A DNA stretch of 64,000 bases from an uncultured Methylomirabilota bacterium (GCA_963845565.1 CAWJSJ010000002.1:1760001-1824000); one strand, 5' to 3'. Positions 19,527-30,284 are shown, counted from the stretch's first letter. A program made the numbers and translations. The notes: generated by a model not told the origin, from the sequence alone.

Positions 19527-21320
19527 CTATCGGGCGGGCCTGCTGGCCTTGTTCCTGGCCGGAACTTTGGGCAACGCTGCCAGCGTGGCGTGGACCGTAG
19601 CCAGGGCATTGCTCAGGTGGTAACACATCTTGTTTCGTTGGCGGACCAGACCGACGACGAGTTGCTTTGCCTCGCTGCTCTTGGCGGGGATGACGCCCAA
19701 GCGGCGCATCGGCTCCAGGCCGGGGAACGGCGGGACTGGCAGCGTCGTGTCGTGGTCGAACGGGCCGGAGCGGCAGTAGTTGATCGGGATCATTTGCCGA
19801 CCGAGGGCCATCAGGCACACGTTGGCCAGTTCGGCTGCGGTCGGGGGCAGGGTCTGCGAGCGAATCGCGCGCTCGAGTCGCGCGACCGCCTTGCCGAGGT
19901 CGCCCAGCAAGCCGAAGACCGGCGTGAGATCGAAGCGGCCCTTCGCCTCTCTCGCGTACTGGGTCAGGATCGCCCGGGCTTCGGCCACCGCCGCGCGGTA
20001 GTCCAGCGGCAGAATGGGGTCTTCCAGCGCGCGCTGCGCGGCCAGCACATAGATCTGCGCGTCGCGCACCAGGTGGGCCGGGTCCAGCTTGTCCAGCGTG
20101 TCGGCCGGGGTGTGCCACCACCAGCCCAGACCGCCGCTCCGCGTCGCGCCGCCCATGAGCTGGGCGTAGGCCCGGGCGCCGTCGGAGTCGTCCGCCGGCT
20201 GTTCCGAGGGGCTCATGAAGAGCGAGGGGACGCCGTGGCCCCAGAAGGACTGGTCCGCCGCCCGCGGGGGCCGGACGCCCGACAGGCGCTGCCCCGCGAT
20301 CTTCTCCACGACGTCCGAGCCGAGGTCGCGCGCCTCGGCCATGGCGATGGCCTCGGTCATCAGCGTCGCGCCCTTGGCGCCCACGCAATCCACATTCACG
20401 TGGAGCACGCAGTGCTGATGAAGGTCCCGCCAGCAATGGTCCGCGTACCAGGCGGAGCCGCCGTACCGGGCGTGGGAATGGCCCGACCAGAAGGCGAGGC
20501 GCAAGTCGCGCCGCAGGTGCTTCTTTCTGGCGGCGAAGATGCGACCGACCTCCATCTGCGTGGCGTTGCCCGCCCCGTTGTCCATCGCCCCGTAATGCCA
20601 GGAGTCCACGTGGCCGCTCATGAGGACGAAGTCGCCGTTTCCCCGGGGCGCACGCAGATGTGCGATGAGGAGCGGGAGGGTGCGCCAGCGCGTGTCCACC
20701 TGGGTGCGGAGGCGAACGCGAACGGGACCCCGGCCCAGCGCCGCACGGAGGAGGCGGCCACCCTCGCGATTGATGGAGACCATGGGGGTCCTGGGGAGTA
20801 GGCCGGCGTTCTCGGGCGAGGGGGAGCCCCAGACGATGGAGGTGATCATCTCGTGCATCTGGTCGCCGCAGGCGTGAATCTGTGCCGCCGCTCCCGCCTG
20901 CTCGACCCGAAAGACCTTGCCCGGCATCGCGTGACCGTCGCACAGGGCCGCCCGGCCGGCAATGGGGAGGCCCGCCAACGTCGCGGGATCGGCCCGGCCG
21001 ACGTCCACCAATTCCAGCGCGACACCTTCGGGTGGTGTGGAGGCGGCCATGGAGTGCGTGATGCACGGAATGCTTGCAGGTGCGTCCCCCAGCAGCTCCA
21101 GGAGCGCTGCCACCGGCCAGCTCGTCCAGCACTCCGGCCGATGCGCCTCGATCTCGAACCCCCAGCCGCTCAATGTGCGAGCGATGTACCGGAACGCGGT
21201 ACGCTCTTCGGCCGATCCCGACAAGCGCACCCGGCGGGTGACGTGAATGAGAAAGTCCTCGAGGCGTTCCGCCGAGACCTGGTTGGCCAGGGCCCGTTCT
21301 GCCGCCGTCAGCTTTGCCAT
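19527..21320 (-). CDS. M28-family peptidase with PA domain
   Basis: SGHVDSW, GAMDNGAG, WSGHSHARYGGS, NVDCVG and WWHTPADT. Confidence 0.85.
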   Translation of the reverse strand: MAKLTAAERALANQVSAERLEDFLIHVTRRVRLSGSAEERTAFRYIARTLSGWGFEIEAHRPECWTSWPVAALLELLGDAPASIPCITHSMAASTPPEGVALELVDVGRADPATLAGLPIAGRAALCDGHAMPGKVFRVEQAGAAAQIHACGDQMHEMITSIVWGSPSPENAGLLPRTPMVSINREGGRLLRAALGRGPVRVRLRTQVDTRWRTLPLLIAHLRAPRGNGDFVLMSGHVDSWHYGAMDNGAGNATQMEVGRIFAARKKHLRRDLRLAFWSGHSHARYGGSAWYADHCWRDLHQHCVLHVNVDCVGAKGATLMTEAIAMAEARDLGSDVVEKIAGQRLSGVRPPRAADQSFWGHGVPSLFMSPSEQPADDSDGARAYAQLMGGATRSGGLGWWWHTPADTLDKLDPAHLVRDAQIYVLAAQRALEDPILPLDYRAAVAEARAILTQYAREAKGRFDLTPVFGLLGDLGKAVARLERAIRSQTLPPTAAELANVCLMALGRQMIPINYCRSGPFDHDTTLPVPPFPGLEPMRRLGVIPAKSSEAKQLVVGLVRQRNKMCYHLSNALATVHATLAALPKVPARNKASRPAR

Positions 21321-21549
21321 GATGTCTCCTCGCGCCGATCGTTGCGGGTGTCTCGTCGGCTGAGATGATCGCTCTGCGCCCGGCGGATTTCAACCCCGTT
21401 TTCTTGAAGCGCCGAGGCGCCGCGGGAAAGTTGTCCCACAAACTGGACAGGGGGGCCCCGAAGACGTGGCAACAGGGAGCGGGTTGGACTATACTCAGAG
21501 CGGCGTCAATCCGACCGAGCGTGCATCGGTCTTCACAGGAGGAGTACCC

Positions 21550-23826
21550 ATGGCAAGCACCGCCAAGATTGCAACCCAGGAACAGATCGAGGCCCTCGTG
21601 GCTGCCAGCCGACCCGAGCGGTTATCGGACCCCGGCAAGCGGCCGATCACGGGCGATCACGCCGCCAACGTGGTGCAGCTCACCACTTGGGGGCAGACCG
21701 CGCTGGCGGCCGACCACTTGCTGTTCCCCGAGCTGAACGGGTGCCTGCCGGGCATCGTGGCGGGGGTGATCCGGCAGCTGAACATCCGGTTCGTCGGGGC
21801 CGGCCTGCACGCGGGCGATTCGCCGGCGGAGGTCGCGCGCAAGATTCGCGATCGCCAGTACGCCTACGAAACCCTGCTCGAGACGACCATCAACTTCTGC
21901 GGACTGGAAAGCCGGTGGTTGGATGCCGCCGAGCGCTGCCAGGCGGTGGGGAGCATTCGAGGCGCCCTGGCCGAGTGGGAGGCCCGCGAGGCGGCGGAGG
22001 GGCAGGGCTCGGTGGCCGTTGCCGTCGTGCGCCGGTTTCTGGATCGGATGAAGCTGGTCCAGAAGGGAATCAGCATGGCCGCCAAGGCAGCGCTCCGGAT
22101 CGAGCAGGCGCTGGACTTCGGCAAGCCCATTCTTCTGCCGTTCCTGGACAAGGTCCACGCCGAGATCGAGGCGAACATCTACACTCGGATGGTGCGGGAA
22201 GGCCGCTGCCGCTTCGGGAACGACTACGCGCTGGGCCTCCGCTGGCTGCGTCACCTGGGGTTCGAGCAGGTGTCCACCAACCCGGTCCTGGCGGCCCTGG
22301 CCTATTCCGACGATCCGTCGCTGGCGCAGGCCCTCAACGACGAAGTGAAGTTTCACCCCAAGTTCGCCGCCTGGAAGGCCGCGCCGGAGAAATTCGGCGA
22401 CGAGATCGCGCTCTATGCGACGCTGCTGGCCCTGTGGGACAACCTGCACGTCTACCGGCCGATCTTCTTCAACCTGGCCGGCACCTCCGGCGGCGGCGTG
22501 GTCTCCTTCCAGTTGAACCCGAATATCGCCCACCTGGTGCAGGAGAGCGTTCGGGACGTCTTCGCCGCCTTTGCCGAGGCGACGGAGGATCTGCGCCTCT
22601 ATGATGACTACCTCCTGGCGGGCTATCCGGCCACGCGCGAGCGGTCCCGACCCAACGTGGTGATCAAGGTCGCGGCGTCGTCACCCGCCGCCCGCGAGAT
22701 CGCCCGGACCATCAACTCCTTCGGATTCGGCTCCAACATCACCGTCATCTACACGGTGGGCCAGGAAGTCACCATGGTTCTGGAGGAGTTGGCCGGCATG
22801 GCGGCCGCCATCAAGAAGGGGATCGTGCCCACCCAGCTCTACATGACCAACATGGGCGGCCGGTTCGAGAGCCACCTGCGGGAAGCGAAACTGGAAAGCC
22901 TCTTCGGTGAGCTGAAGGAGCTGGTCGGAGAGGCCAAGGCGCTGGCGAAGGTGAACCAGCTCGCTGCCGCGAACGGGACCAAGGCGAAGGTGGACGAGGC
23001 GAAGGGGTACGAGGCCAAGGTCGTGGCAGCCACGCGGTTCGCCAGCCAGCGGACGATCGACGCGAATGTCGCCGCAGCCCTGGCGGACGTCGCCTCCGCC
23101 GATGCCCTGAAGACCTGGGAGGACGCGATCGGCAAATCGGGCACGCTGGTAGCCCGGCGCGCCTGGGGCATCTTCTGGTCCGAGGGGAACCGGGGCAAGT
23201 GGGTCGAGTATCTTGCCAAGAAGCACCAGATCAGCAAGGAGCAGGCGGCCTTGATCCTGAGCCGCGTCAACTACCTGCCGGCCTCCAAGCGGAAGCCGCA
23301 GGACACCTACTGGACGCTGACCGGGTTCAACATGGTGCACACCGAGTTCCCGAACCACCAGGAGAACGTGCGCAAGATGGCGGAGGAACCGGGCTTCAAG
23401 CTGGCGGACTACGTCGAGTCGATCACGCAGCCGTTCCCCGCCGAGGTCGTCAAGCGACTCACCACGATTCCGGATTTCCGGCTGGGCTACGAGTTGAACG
23501 GGGAGCTCAGCCAGCTCTTGCGCCAGGTGGGAATCGACGGCGACTTCGGGATTGGAGGCCACACGCCCGAGCAGTGGCCCGAGTTCGGTTCGGTCCAGAA
23601 GACGCTGACGGAATTCAAGGCAGCCTATGACAAGTTCCGGGGCGACATGCTGTCGCTCTTCAATGCGGCGGCGGGGCCGGCGGCGAAGGTCGCCAAGCCC
23701 ACGGCTGCAAAGAAGGCTGCCGCGAAGGCGGTGACCGCGAAGAAGGCGGCGGCCAAGCCGTCGGCGAAGAAAGTCGTGAAGAAGGCGCCCAGGGCGGCGG
23801 CCACCAAGCGTGGGGCGCGCCGCTAG
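21550..23826 (+). CDS. Large transaldolase-family protein with N-terminal extension and Lys/Ala-rich tail
   Basis: VSTNP, VSFQLNPNIA, PNVVIKVA (Schiff-base Lys position) and SNITVIYT; AGGAGG RBS. Confidence 0.75.
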   Translation: MASTAKIATQEQIEALVAASRPERLSDPGKRPITGDHAANVVQLTTWGQTALAADHLLFPELNGCLPGIVAGVIRQLNIRFVGAGLHAGDSPAEVARKIRDRQYAYETLLETTINFCGLESRWLDAAERCQAVGSIRGALAEWEAREAAEGQGSVAVAVVRRFLDRMKLVQKGISMAAKAALRIEQALDFGKPILLPFLDKVHAEIEANIYTRMVREGRCRFGNDYALGLRWLRHLGFEQVSTNPVLAALAYSDDPSLAQALNDEVKFHPKFAAWKAAPEKFGDEIALYATLLALWDNLHVYRPIFFNLAGTSGGGVVSFQLNPNIAHLVQESVRDVFAAFAEATEDLRLYDDYLLAGYPATRERSRPNVVIKVAASSPAAREIARTINSFGFGSNITVIYTVGQEVTMVLEELAGMAAAIKKGIVPTQLYMTNMGGRFESHLREAKLESLFGELKELVGEAKALAKVNQLAAANGTKAKVDEAKGYEAKVVAATRFASQRTIDANVAAALADVASADALKTWEDAIGKSGTLVARRAWGIFWSEGNRGKWVEYLAKKHQISKEQAALILSRVNYLPASKRKPQDTYWTLTGFNMVHTEFPNHQENVRKMAEEPGFKLADYVESITQPFPAEVVKRLTTIPDFRLGYELNGELSQLLRQVGIDGDFGIGGHTPEQWPEFGSVQKTLTEFKAAYDKFRGDMLSLFNAAAGPAAKVAKPTAAKKAAAKAVTAKKAAAKPSAKKVVKKAPRAAATKRGARR

Positions 23827-23863
23827 TCGCTCTTACCCGCACGTTCTCAGAGGAGGGATGACC

Positions 23864-23935
23864 ATGGCCTGTGGATGTGGAACCAAGAAGGCGCCCAAGA
23901 CCAAGGCGAGCCCGAAGCCGGCCAAGAAGAAGTAG
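23864..23935 (+). CDS. 23-aa basic peptide MACGCGTKKAPKTKASPKPAKKK
   Basis: AGGAGGG RBS, GC-ending codons, followed by a terminator; absent from the ORF track. Confidence 0.6.
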   Translation: MACGCGTKKAPKTKASPKPAKKK

Positions 23936-23952
23936 CGCGCGGACGCGACAGG

Positions 23953-23994
23953 ACGAAGCCCTCTCGGGCGCTACCGAGGGGGCTTCGTGTTTTT
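23953..23994 (+). terminator. Rho-independent terminator
   Basis: ACGAAGCCCTCTCGG...CCGAGGGGGCTTCGT followed by GTTTTT. Confidence 0.75.
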
Positions 23995-24094
23995 GGCCTC
24001 AAGAGCATCCAGAGTTGTGCCGATAGATGAAGTGATGCGACGCGCGACGGGGCCGCGGCCGTCCGCCCCGTACACCGCTGACGGAGGCATTGCC

Positions 24095-24229
24095 ATGCTG
24101 GATCTCTTGTATCTCTTTCTGGCGTCCCTGCCCATCGCGACCGGTCTCGCCTTCGTCCTGGTGGCGTTCCGGGAGCGACGGCGCGCCCAGGCCGTCCCGG
24201 TGCGGCCTGCCGCACCAGAGAGGCGGTAA
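24095..24229 (+). CDS. 44-aa single-TM small protein
   Basis: GGAGG RBS; MLDLLYLFLASLPIATGLAFVLVAF followed by RERRR. Confidence 0.55.
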   Translation: MLDLLYLFLASLPIATGLAFVLVAFRERRRAQAVPVRPAAPERR

Positions 24230-24424
24230 TCCTCGGCACCGTCAAGACCGCGCTCGCCCTCAAACCCATGGCCCCAATTGTCGGAGTCCGGTAGCGTCGC
24301 CCCCGCTTGCCGATCCTGTTCCCCCGACCGCGAGATCGCAAAACGCACGGGCACGCCGCGTCACCCGTCGCTGCTGCGATCCGGCGCACCCGGTCCGGAG
24401 AGCCATGCCATCGATTCTCGGCCG

Positions 24425-24453
24425 TTGACAGCCACGGACGCGCCAGCTATGGT
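24425..24453 (+). promoter_or_regulatory. Putative sigma-70 promoter of the EIIA-hyf operon
   Basis: TTGACA-17 nt-TATGGT. Confidence 0.6.
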
Positions 24454-24508
24454 GTCGCCGTTTGTCGTGTGATGCGGACGGGTGATGACCGGTCCGGTGG
24501 GGAGAGCC

Positions 24509-25213
24509 ATGCAGCTTACCGTGCGAGACGTCGCGAGTCTCCTGAAGGTGTCCGAGCGGACGATCTATCGGTGGATCAAGGAGGGGACCATCCCCGCCTA
24601 CAAGATCAGCGAGCAGTACCGGTTTCACCGGGCCGAGATCCTGGAGTGGGCGACGGCGCGCCGGATCGGCGTGTCGGTGGACATCTTCGAGGAGGCCGAC
24701 GACGCCACGGCTCGTCCGCCCGTCCTCAGCGAGGCCTTGCAGGCAGGCGGGATCGTGTACCGATTGGGCGGAGCCGACAAAGAGTCGGCGTTACGCGCCG
24801 CGGTGGACGCGATGCGCCTGCCCGAAGAGGTGGACCGGGAACAGTTGCTCCGTGTGCTCGTGGCGCGCGAGGCGATGGCCTCGACGGCCATCGGGGATGG
24901 CATCGCTATCCCGCACGTGCGTAACCCCATCGTGCTGCATGTCCCACGCTCCATGGTCACGCTCTGCTTCCTCGAAAAGCCGATCGACTTCGGGGCGCTG
25001 GACGGGCAGCCGGTTCACTGTTTGTTCACCATGGTGAGCCCGACGGTGCGATCCCACCTGCATCTGCTCTCCCGGCTGGCCTTCGCGCTCCGGGACCCGG
25101 GGTTCCAGGGGGCGATCCGGCGTCAGGGGCTGCGTGACGAGATCCTGACGGAGCTCCGCCGGGTGGAGTTCGGCCTGAACGCCGCGCGGACGACCGGCCC
25201 GGCGGGCGAGTAA
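24509..25213 (+). CDS. HTH_17 (excisionase-like) DNA-binding domain fused to a PTS EIIA(Ntr/Fru-type) domain
   Basis: LTVRDVASLLKVSERTIYRWIKEG; REAMASTAIGDGIAIPH with the phospho-acceptor His. Confidence 0.9.
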   Translation: MQLTVRDVASLLKVSERTIYRWIKEGTIPAYKISEQYRFHRAEILEWATARRIGVSVDIFEEADDATARPPVLSEALQAGGIVYRLGGADKESALRAAVDAMRLPEEVDREQLLRVLVAREAMASTAIGDGIAIPHVRNPIVLHVPRSMVTLCFLEKPIDFGALDGQPVHCLFTMVSPTVRSHLHLLSRLAFALRDPGFQGAIRRQGLRDEILTELRRVEFGLNAARTTGPAGE

Positions 25214-25219
25214 TCCTCG

Positions 25220-27215
25220 ATGACGCTTTTCCTGTTCGCGATGGGTGTGATCGTCCTGGGCGGTCTGTCGGCCCTGATCGCCGGCCGTTCCGCCAGACGC
25301 GCCTCGCTACTCGGGGCGGGCGGCGCGGTGACAGGCTGTGCGCTGGCGCTGGGTCCGGCACTCCGGGCGCTCCTCGGGGGGCCGTTGGAGCGGCTGGACG
25401 CCCCGTGGAGCATGCCCGGGGGGAGCTTCTCGGTCGCGCTGGATCCGGTGTCCGGCCTCTTTCTGGTCCCGACGCTGTTCCTCTCGGCGTTGGCCGCCGT
25501 GTACGGAACGGGCTACCTGAAGCCATTCGGTGCGACCAGGGCGCTCGGGGAGGCCTGGTTCTGTTTCGACCTCCTGGTCGTCAGCATGGCGCTGGTCATG
25601 GTCGCCAGGAACGGCGTGCTGTTCCTGGTCGCCTGGGAGGTGATGGCGCTGGCGTCCTTCTTCCTGGTGACCTTCGATCGCAAAACCGCGAGCGTCCGCG
25701 ACGCCGGCTGGACATACCTGATCGCCACGCACCTGGGTACGGCGTTCCTCCTGGCCATGTTCGTGTTGCTTGGAGGCGCGACCGGCTCGCTCGAGTTCGA
25801 CGGCTTCGGGACGGTCGCGGGGACCGCCCCAGGGCTGATCGGGCCGCTCTTCCTCCTCGCGGTCATCGGATTCGGCACCAAGGCCGGATTCATCCCGCTG
25901 CACGTCTGGCTGCCGGAGGCGCACCCCGCCGCGCCCAGCCATGTCTCGGCGGTCATGTCCGGCGTGATGATCAAGACGGGGATCTACGGCCTCGTGCGCT
26001 TTCTGATCGTCCTCGGTCCGCCGCCGGTGTGGTGGGGGTGGCTGCTGATCGGGATCGGAGTGACCTCGGGCGTTCTCGGCGTTCTTCTGGCACTGGCCCA
26101 GCACGACCTCAAGCGGCTGCTCGCCTACCACAGCGTCGAGAACATCGGCATCATCACGCTCGGGCTTGGCCTCGGGACGCTGGGCGTCGCCACAGGCATG
26201 CCCGCGCTGGCCGTGCTCGGGTTCGGCGGCGGACTGCTGCACGTCGTGAACCACGCGCTCTTCAAGGGACTGCTGTTCTTGGGGGCGGGTGCTGTGCTGC
26301 ACGGCGCGGGCACGGGGGAGATCGATCATCTCGGTGGACTGCAGCGGCGGATGCCCTGGACGGGCACCTGTTTCCTGGTGGGGGCGGCGGCCATCTCGGG
26401 GCTCCCGCCGCTCAACGGCTTCGTAAGCGAGTTCCTCATCTATCTGGGGGCGTTTCTGGGGGTGATCGCGGCCGCGGGGACGGTGGGGATCCTGGTCTCG
26501 GGGCTTGTCACTATCGGCGCGCTGGCGCTCATCGGCGGACTGGCGGCGGCCTGTTTCACCAAGGCGTTCGGGATCGTGTTCCTGGGCGAGCCCCGGAGCC
26601 ACCATGCTGCGGATGCGCACGAGGCGGGTGCGAGCCATGCGGTGGCCGATGGCGATCCTGGCGGCGGGCTGCGCTGTGGTCGGCCTCTTCCCGGCGCCGG
26701 CGCTGCGGGCCTTGGCGCCTGCGCTGCGCCTCGTCACGCGGCAGCCGGAGACGGCAGTCGCCGGGGCGCTCGCCGATGCGGCGACCCCGCTCTGGATGAT
26801 CACGGCGGTGGCGACGGTTTTCCTGGCCGCGGTCCTGCTCCTGGCCGCGGTGCGCCGGAAGTGTCTGGCGGGTCGGCCGGTGGAGGAGACCGTGACCTGG
26901 GATTGCGGATACGCGCGACCGACCGCCCGCATGCAGTACACGGCGTCGTCGTATGCGCAACCGTTGACCGAACTCTTTCGGCTGGTCCTGCGGACGCGAG
27001 TCCGCCTGGTCGCGCCGACGGGCCTCTTCCCGTCGCGAGCGATGCTGGTCACGGAGACGCCGGACGTGTTCCGCGAGGCCGTCTTCCGGCCGGCGTTTGT
27101 CGGGATCCGGCGGGCGCTCGATCGCCTGCGGATCCTCCAGCACGGACGGATCCAGCTCTATGTTCTGTACGTCGTGCTGACGCTGGTCGCCCTGATGGTG
27201 TGGACGCTGCGATGA
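25220..27215 (+). CDS. hyfB: HyfB-like antiporter subunit (NuoL/M/N family); frameshift ~26630
   Basis: GFGTKAGFIPLHVWLPEAHPAAPS and LKRLLAYHSVEN; C-terminal TWDCGY..RMQYT in the shifted frame. Confidence 0.85.
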
Positions 27216-28141
27216 GCCACCTGGCCTGGACCATGATGATGATGGCGGTCCCGCTGGCGACCGGGCTGCTCCTGGCGCCGCTGCTGCTTACGGTCATCAA
27301 CCGCGTCAAGGCGTTCTTCTCCGGCCGGCGGGGGCAACCGCTCCTCCAGCCCTACCTCGACCTCTGGAAGCTGCTCGGGAAGGGCGCCACCTACAGCCGG
27401 ACCACCACCTGGATCTTCCGGGCCGGACCGATCGTGGGGCTGGCCGCCACCCTGGCCGTCCTGGCCATGATGCCCTTGGGCGGCGTGCCGGCGCCGGTCA
27501 GGTTTCGGGGCGACCTCCTGCTCTTTGCCAATCTGCTCGGGCTGATGCGCTTCATCACGGTGGTCGCGGCGTTGGATACCGGGTCGAGCTTCGAGGGGAT
27601 GGGGGCGAGTCGCGAGGTGCTCTTCTCCGCCCTCGCCGAGCCGGCGCTCCTCGTCGGCCTGGCGGCCGTGGCACTGGAGACGCGGAGCATCTCCCTATCG
27701 GACATGGTGGCATCGGTAACGGCCGAGCGCTGGTTGACTCAGGGGCCGGCCCTCGGGCTGGTCGTGGTGGCCCTCGGCCTGGTCCTGGTGACGGAGAACG
27801 CCCGCATCCCGGTGGATGATCCGACCACCCACCTGGAACTGACCATGATCCACGAGGTCATGGTCCTGGATCACGGCGGGCCGGACCTGGCCTTCATCCT
27901 GTACGGTGCGGCGCTCAAGCTCTGGGCGCTGGGCGCGCTTCTGGTCGGAATGGCGGTGCCCGTTCGGACCGGCAATCCGCTGCTCGATCTGGGGGCATTC
28001 CTCGCGGGGATGCTGATCCTGGCGGTGGTGATCGGCGTCGTGGAGTCCTCGATGGCGCGCCTCCGTCTTCTGCGGATCCCCAAGCTGCTGGTCGGGGCGA
28101 CGGCGCTGGCGGTGCTGGCCGTCGTGCTCGTCTTGAGGTGA
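27212..28141 (+). CDS. hyfC: HyfC/HycD (NuoH-like) membrane subunit
   Basis: GRRGQPLLQPYLDLWKL, FEGMGASRE and RIPVDDPTTHLELTMIHE; ATGA overlap with hyfB. Confidence 0.88.
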   Translation: MSHLAWTMMMMAVPLATGLLLAPLLLTVINRVKAFFSGRRGQPLLQPYLDLWKLLGKGATYSRTTTWIFRAGPIVGLAATLAVLAMMPLGGVPAPVRFRGDLLLFANLLGLMRFITVVAALDTGSSFEGMGASREVLFSALAEPALLVGLAAVALETRSISLSDMVASVTAERWLTQGPALGLVVVALGLVLVTENARIPVDDPTTHLELTMIHEVMVLDHGGPDLAFILYGAALKLWALGALLVGMAVPVRTGNPLLDLGAFLAGMLILAVVIGVVESSMARLRLLRIPKLLVGATALAVLAVVLVLR

Positions 28142-28145
28142 AGCG

Positions 28146-28796
28146 ATGAGCGTCGGCGTGGAGGGCGTGATCGCCCTGCTGGTGATCACCGACTTGCTGC
28201 TGCTGGGATCGAGCCGGCTGCGGAGCTGCATCACCATCGCCGCGCTGCAAGGGGCCGTGGTCAGCCTGCTGCCCGTTCTCCTGCACGGCGACGAGGGATG
28301 GGTCCGGGCGTGGAGCCTCACCGTCGGCAGCATGCTCCTCAAGGGCGGGGTCTTCCCCTGGCTCCTGCGACGCGTCCTGCGCGAGTCGGGCGTGCGCCGG
28401 GAGGTCGAGCCGTTCGTCGGCCACACGCTCTCCGTCATGGTGGGGGTCGCGGCGCTGGCGTTCGCGGTCTGGGTGGACGCGCGGCTGGCGTTGCCGGCCT
28501 CGGCCACCGGACACGCCCCCCTCTTGGTCCCGGCCGGACTGGCGACCCTGCTGGTCGGGCTCTTCCTGATCGTCAGCCGCCGCACGGCGGTCACCCAGGT
28601 GCTGGGCTACCTGGTGGTGGAGAACGGTATCTACGCGTTCGGCGTCGCCCTGGTGGGCGGCGTGCCGCTCCTGGTAGAGCTTGGCGTCCTCATGGACATC
28701 TTTGTGGCCGTGTTCATCATGAGCATCGCGGCCTATCACATCAGCCGTGAGTTCGACCACATCGACGTCGATCAACTGGACCGGCTGAGGGGTTGA
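28146..28796 (+). CDS. hyfE: HyfE membrane subunit
   Basis: QVLGYLVVENG and LVELGVLMD; position in the operon. Confidence 0.85.
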   Translation: MSVGVEGVIALLVITDLLLLGSSRLRSCITIAALQGAVVSLLPVLLHGDEGWVRAWSLTVGSMLLKGGVFPWLLRRVLRESGVRREVEPFVGHTLSVMVGVAALAFAVWVDARLALPASATGHAPLLVPAGLATLLVGLFLIVSRRTAVTQVLGYLVVENGIYAFGVALVGGVPLLVELGVLMDIFVAVFIMSIAAYHISREFDHIDVDQLDRLRG

Positions 28797-28800
28797 TCCG

Positions 28801-30284
28801 GTGATGCCCGACACGCTGCTCTGGTCTGTCCTGCTCCTGCCCGCCGTCCTGGGAGCGGGGTGCCTCGTGCCGCGCTCCGCCCGGGGGATCCTGGTCCTCG
28901 TCTCGATCGGGGGCGCCGGCTGGGCTTGCCTCGCGGGAGCCACCGCCTGGGATGCCTTCGCCTGCGGTTCGCTGGTGACCGCCACGGGCTGGCTGCGGCT
29001 GGATGCGCTGTCCGCCTACCACCTGGCGGTCCTCGCCCTCGTCTTCGGCGCGAGCTCGGTGTATGCCTGGGGATACTTCCGGGCGGAAACCGCGACGGGA
29101 AGCCTCTCTCGCCGGTCGGCACGTCGATTCGGCACGCTCTGGTTCGGGTCGGCGGCGGCGATGGCGGCGGTGCTGCTGTCCAACGACCTCGGCATCATGT
29201 GGGTCGGCATCGAGGCCACCACGCTGCTGACCGCCTTCCTGATCTGCGTCCACGTGACCCCGCTGTCGCTCGAGGCGATGTGGAAGTACTTGGTGGTCTG
29301 CTCCGTCGGTGTGGCCTTCGCGTTCGTCGGGACACTGCTGGTGGCGGCCTCCGCGCAGCACCTGGGGATCGGCGCCTCGGAGATGCTGCTCTGGACGAGC
29401 CTTCAGGCCTCGGCGGCCCGGCTCGGACCCGGCTCCATGAAGCTGGCCTTTCTCTTCCTGCTGGTGGGCTACGGCACCAAGGCGGGGCTGGCGCCGCTCC
29501 ACAGCTGGCTGCCGGACGCGCACAGTCAGGCCCCGGCGCCCGTCTCTGCGCTGTTCTCCGGCTTCATGCTGAACGCCGCGCTCTACTGCATCGCGCGGTA
29601 CCTGCCGCTGGTGGAGGCGGCGACCGGCGACGCCGGCTGGGGGCGGCAGCTCTTGGTGGCGTTCGGGGTCGCCTCGATCCTGGTGGCGGCGGCCTTCATC
29701 GTCTTCCAGCGAGACGGGAAGCGGTTCCTGGCCTACTCCAGCGTGGAGCATCTGGGCATCATCTGCTCTCGGCCTGGGGCTCGGCGGGGTGGGCGTCTTC
29801 GCGGCGCTCTGGCATGCGCTGAACCACTCGGTCGGCAAGTCGCTGGCCTTCTTCTCGATCGGGCGGCTGGGCCAGATGTATGGCACCCACGACCTCGGCG
29901 CGCTGTCCGGGGCCATGCGCCGGTCGCCGATCTGGGGCGTCGGCTTCTGCGGGGGGCTGCTCGCGCTCATCGGCGTCGCCCCGTTCGCGATCTTCATGAG
30001 CGAGTTCCAGATCCTCCGCGCGGCTGCCGCCGACCGGGCATTCGTGGTGCTGGCCCTCTTCCTGGTCGGCGTCGGCATCGTGTTCGTCGGGGCGCTGCGG
30101 CACGCGATAGCGGTCGCCTGGGGCGACGAGATCTGCAGACCCGAGCCGCAGGCCGGCGGCGCGGCGGACGCCGTGCTCGTGTGCGGGGGCGCTGGCGCTC
30201 CTCCTGGTGCTCGGCCTGTGGATGCCGGGCCCGCTCGGCAGCGCGCTGGAAGCCGCGGCGGCCGTGGTCGGGGGCCGCCCATGA
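28801..30284 (+). CDS. hyfF: HyfF-like antiporter subunit; frameshifts ~29765 and ~30190
   Basis: WVGIEATTL, EAMWKY and GYGTKAGLAPLHSWLPDAHSQAP. Confidence 0.83.

Noticed and set aside
24509..24690. Prophage excisionase
   Set aside because: The HTH is fused to EIIA; no integrase or phage genes in the window
25220..28141. 973-aa HyfB-HyfC fusion ORF
   Set aside because: Artefact of the frameshift at ~26630; the true HyfB C-terminus is in another frame and overlaps the hyfC ATG
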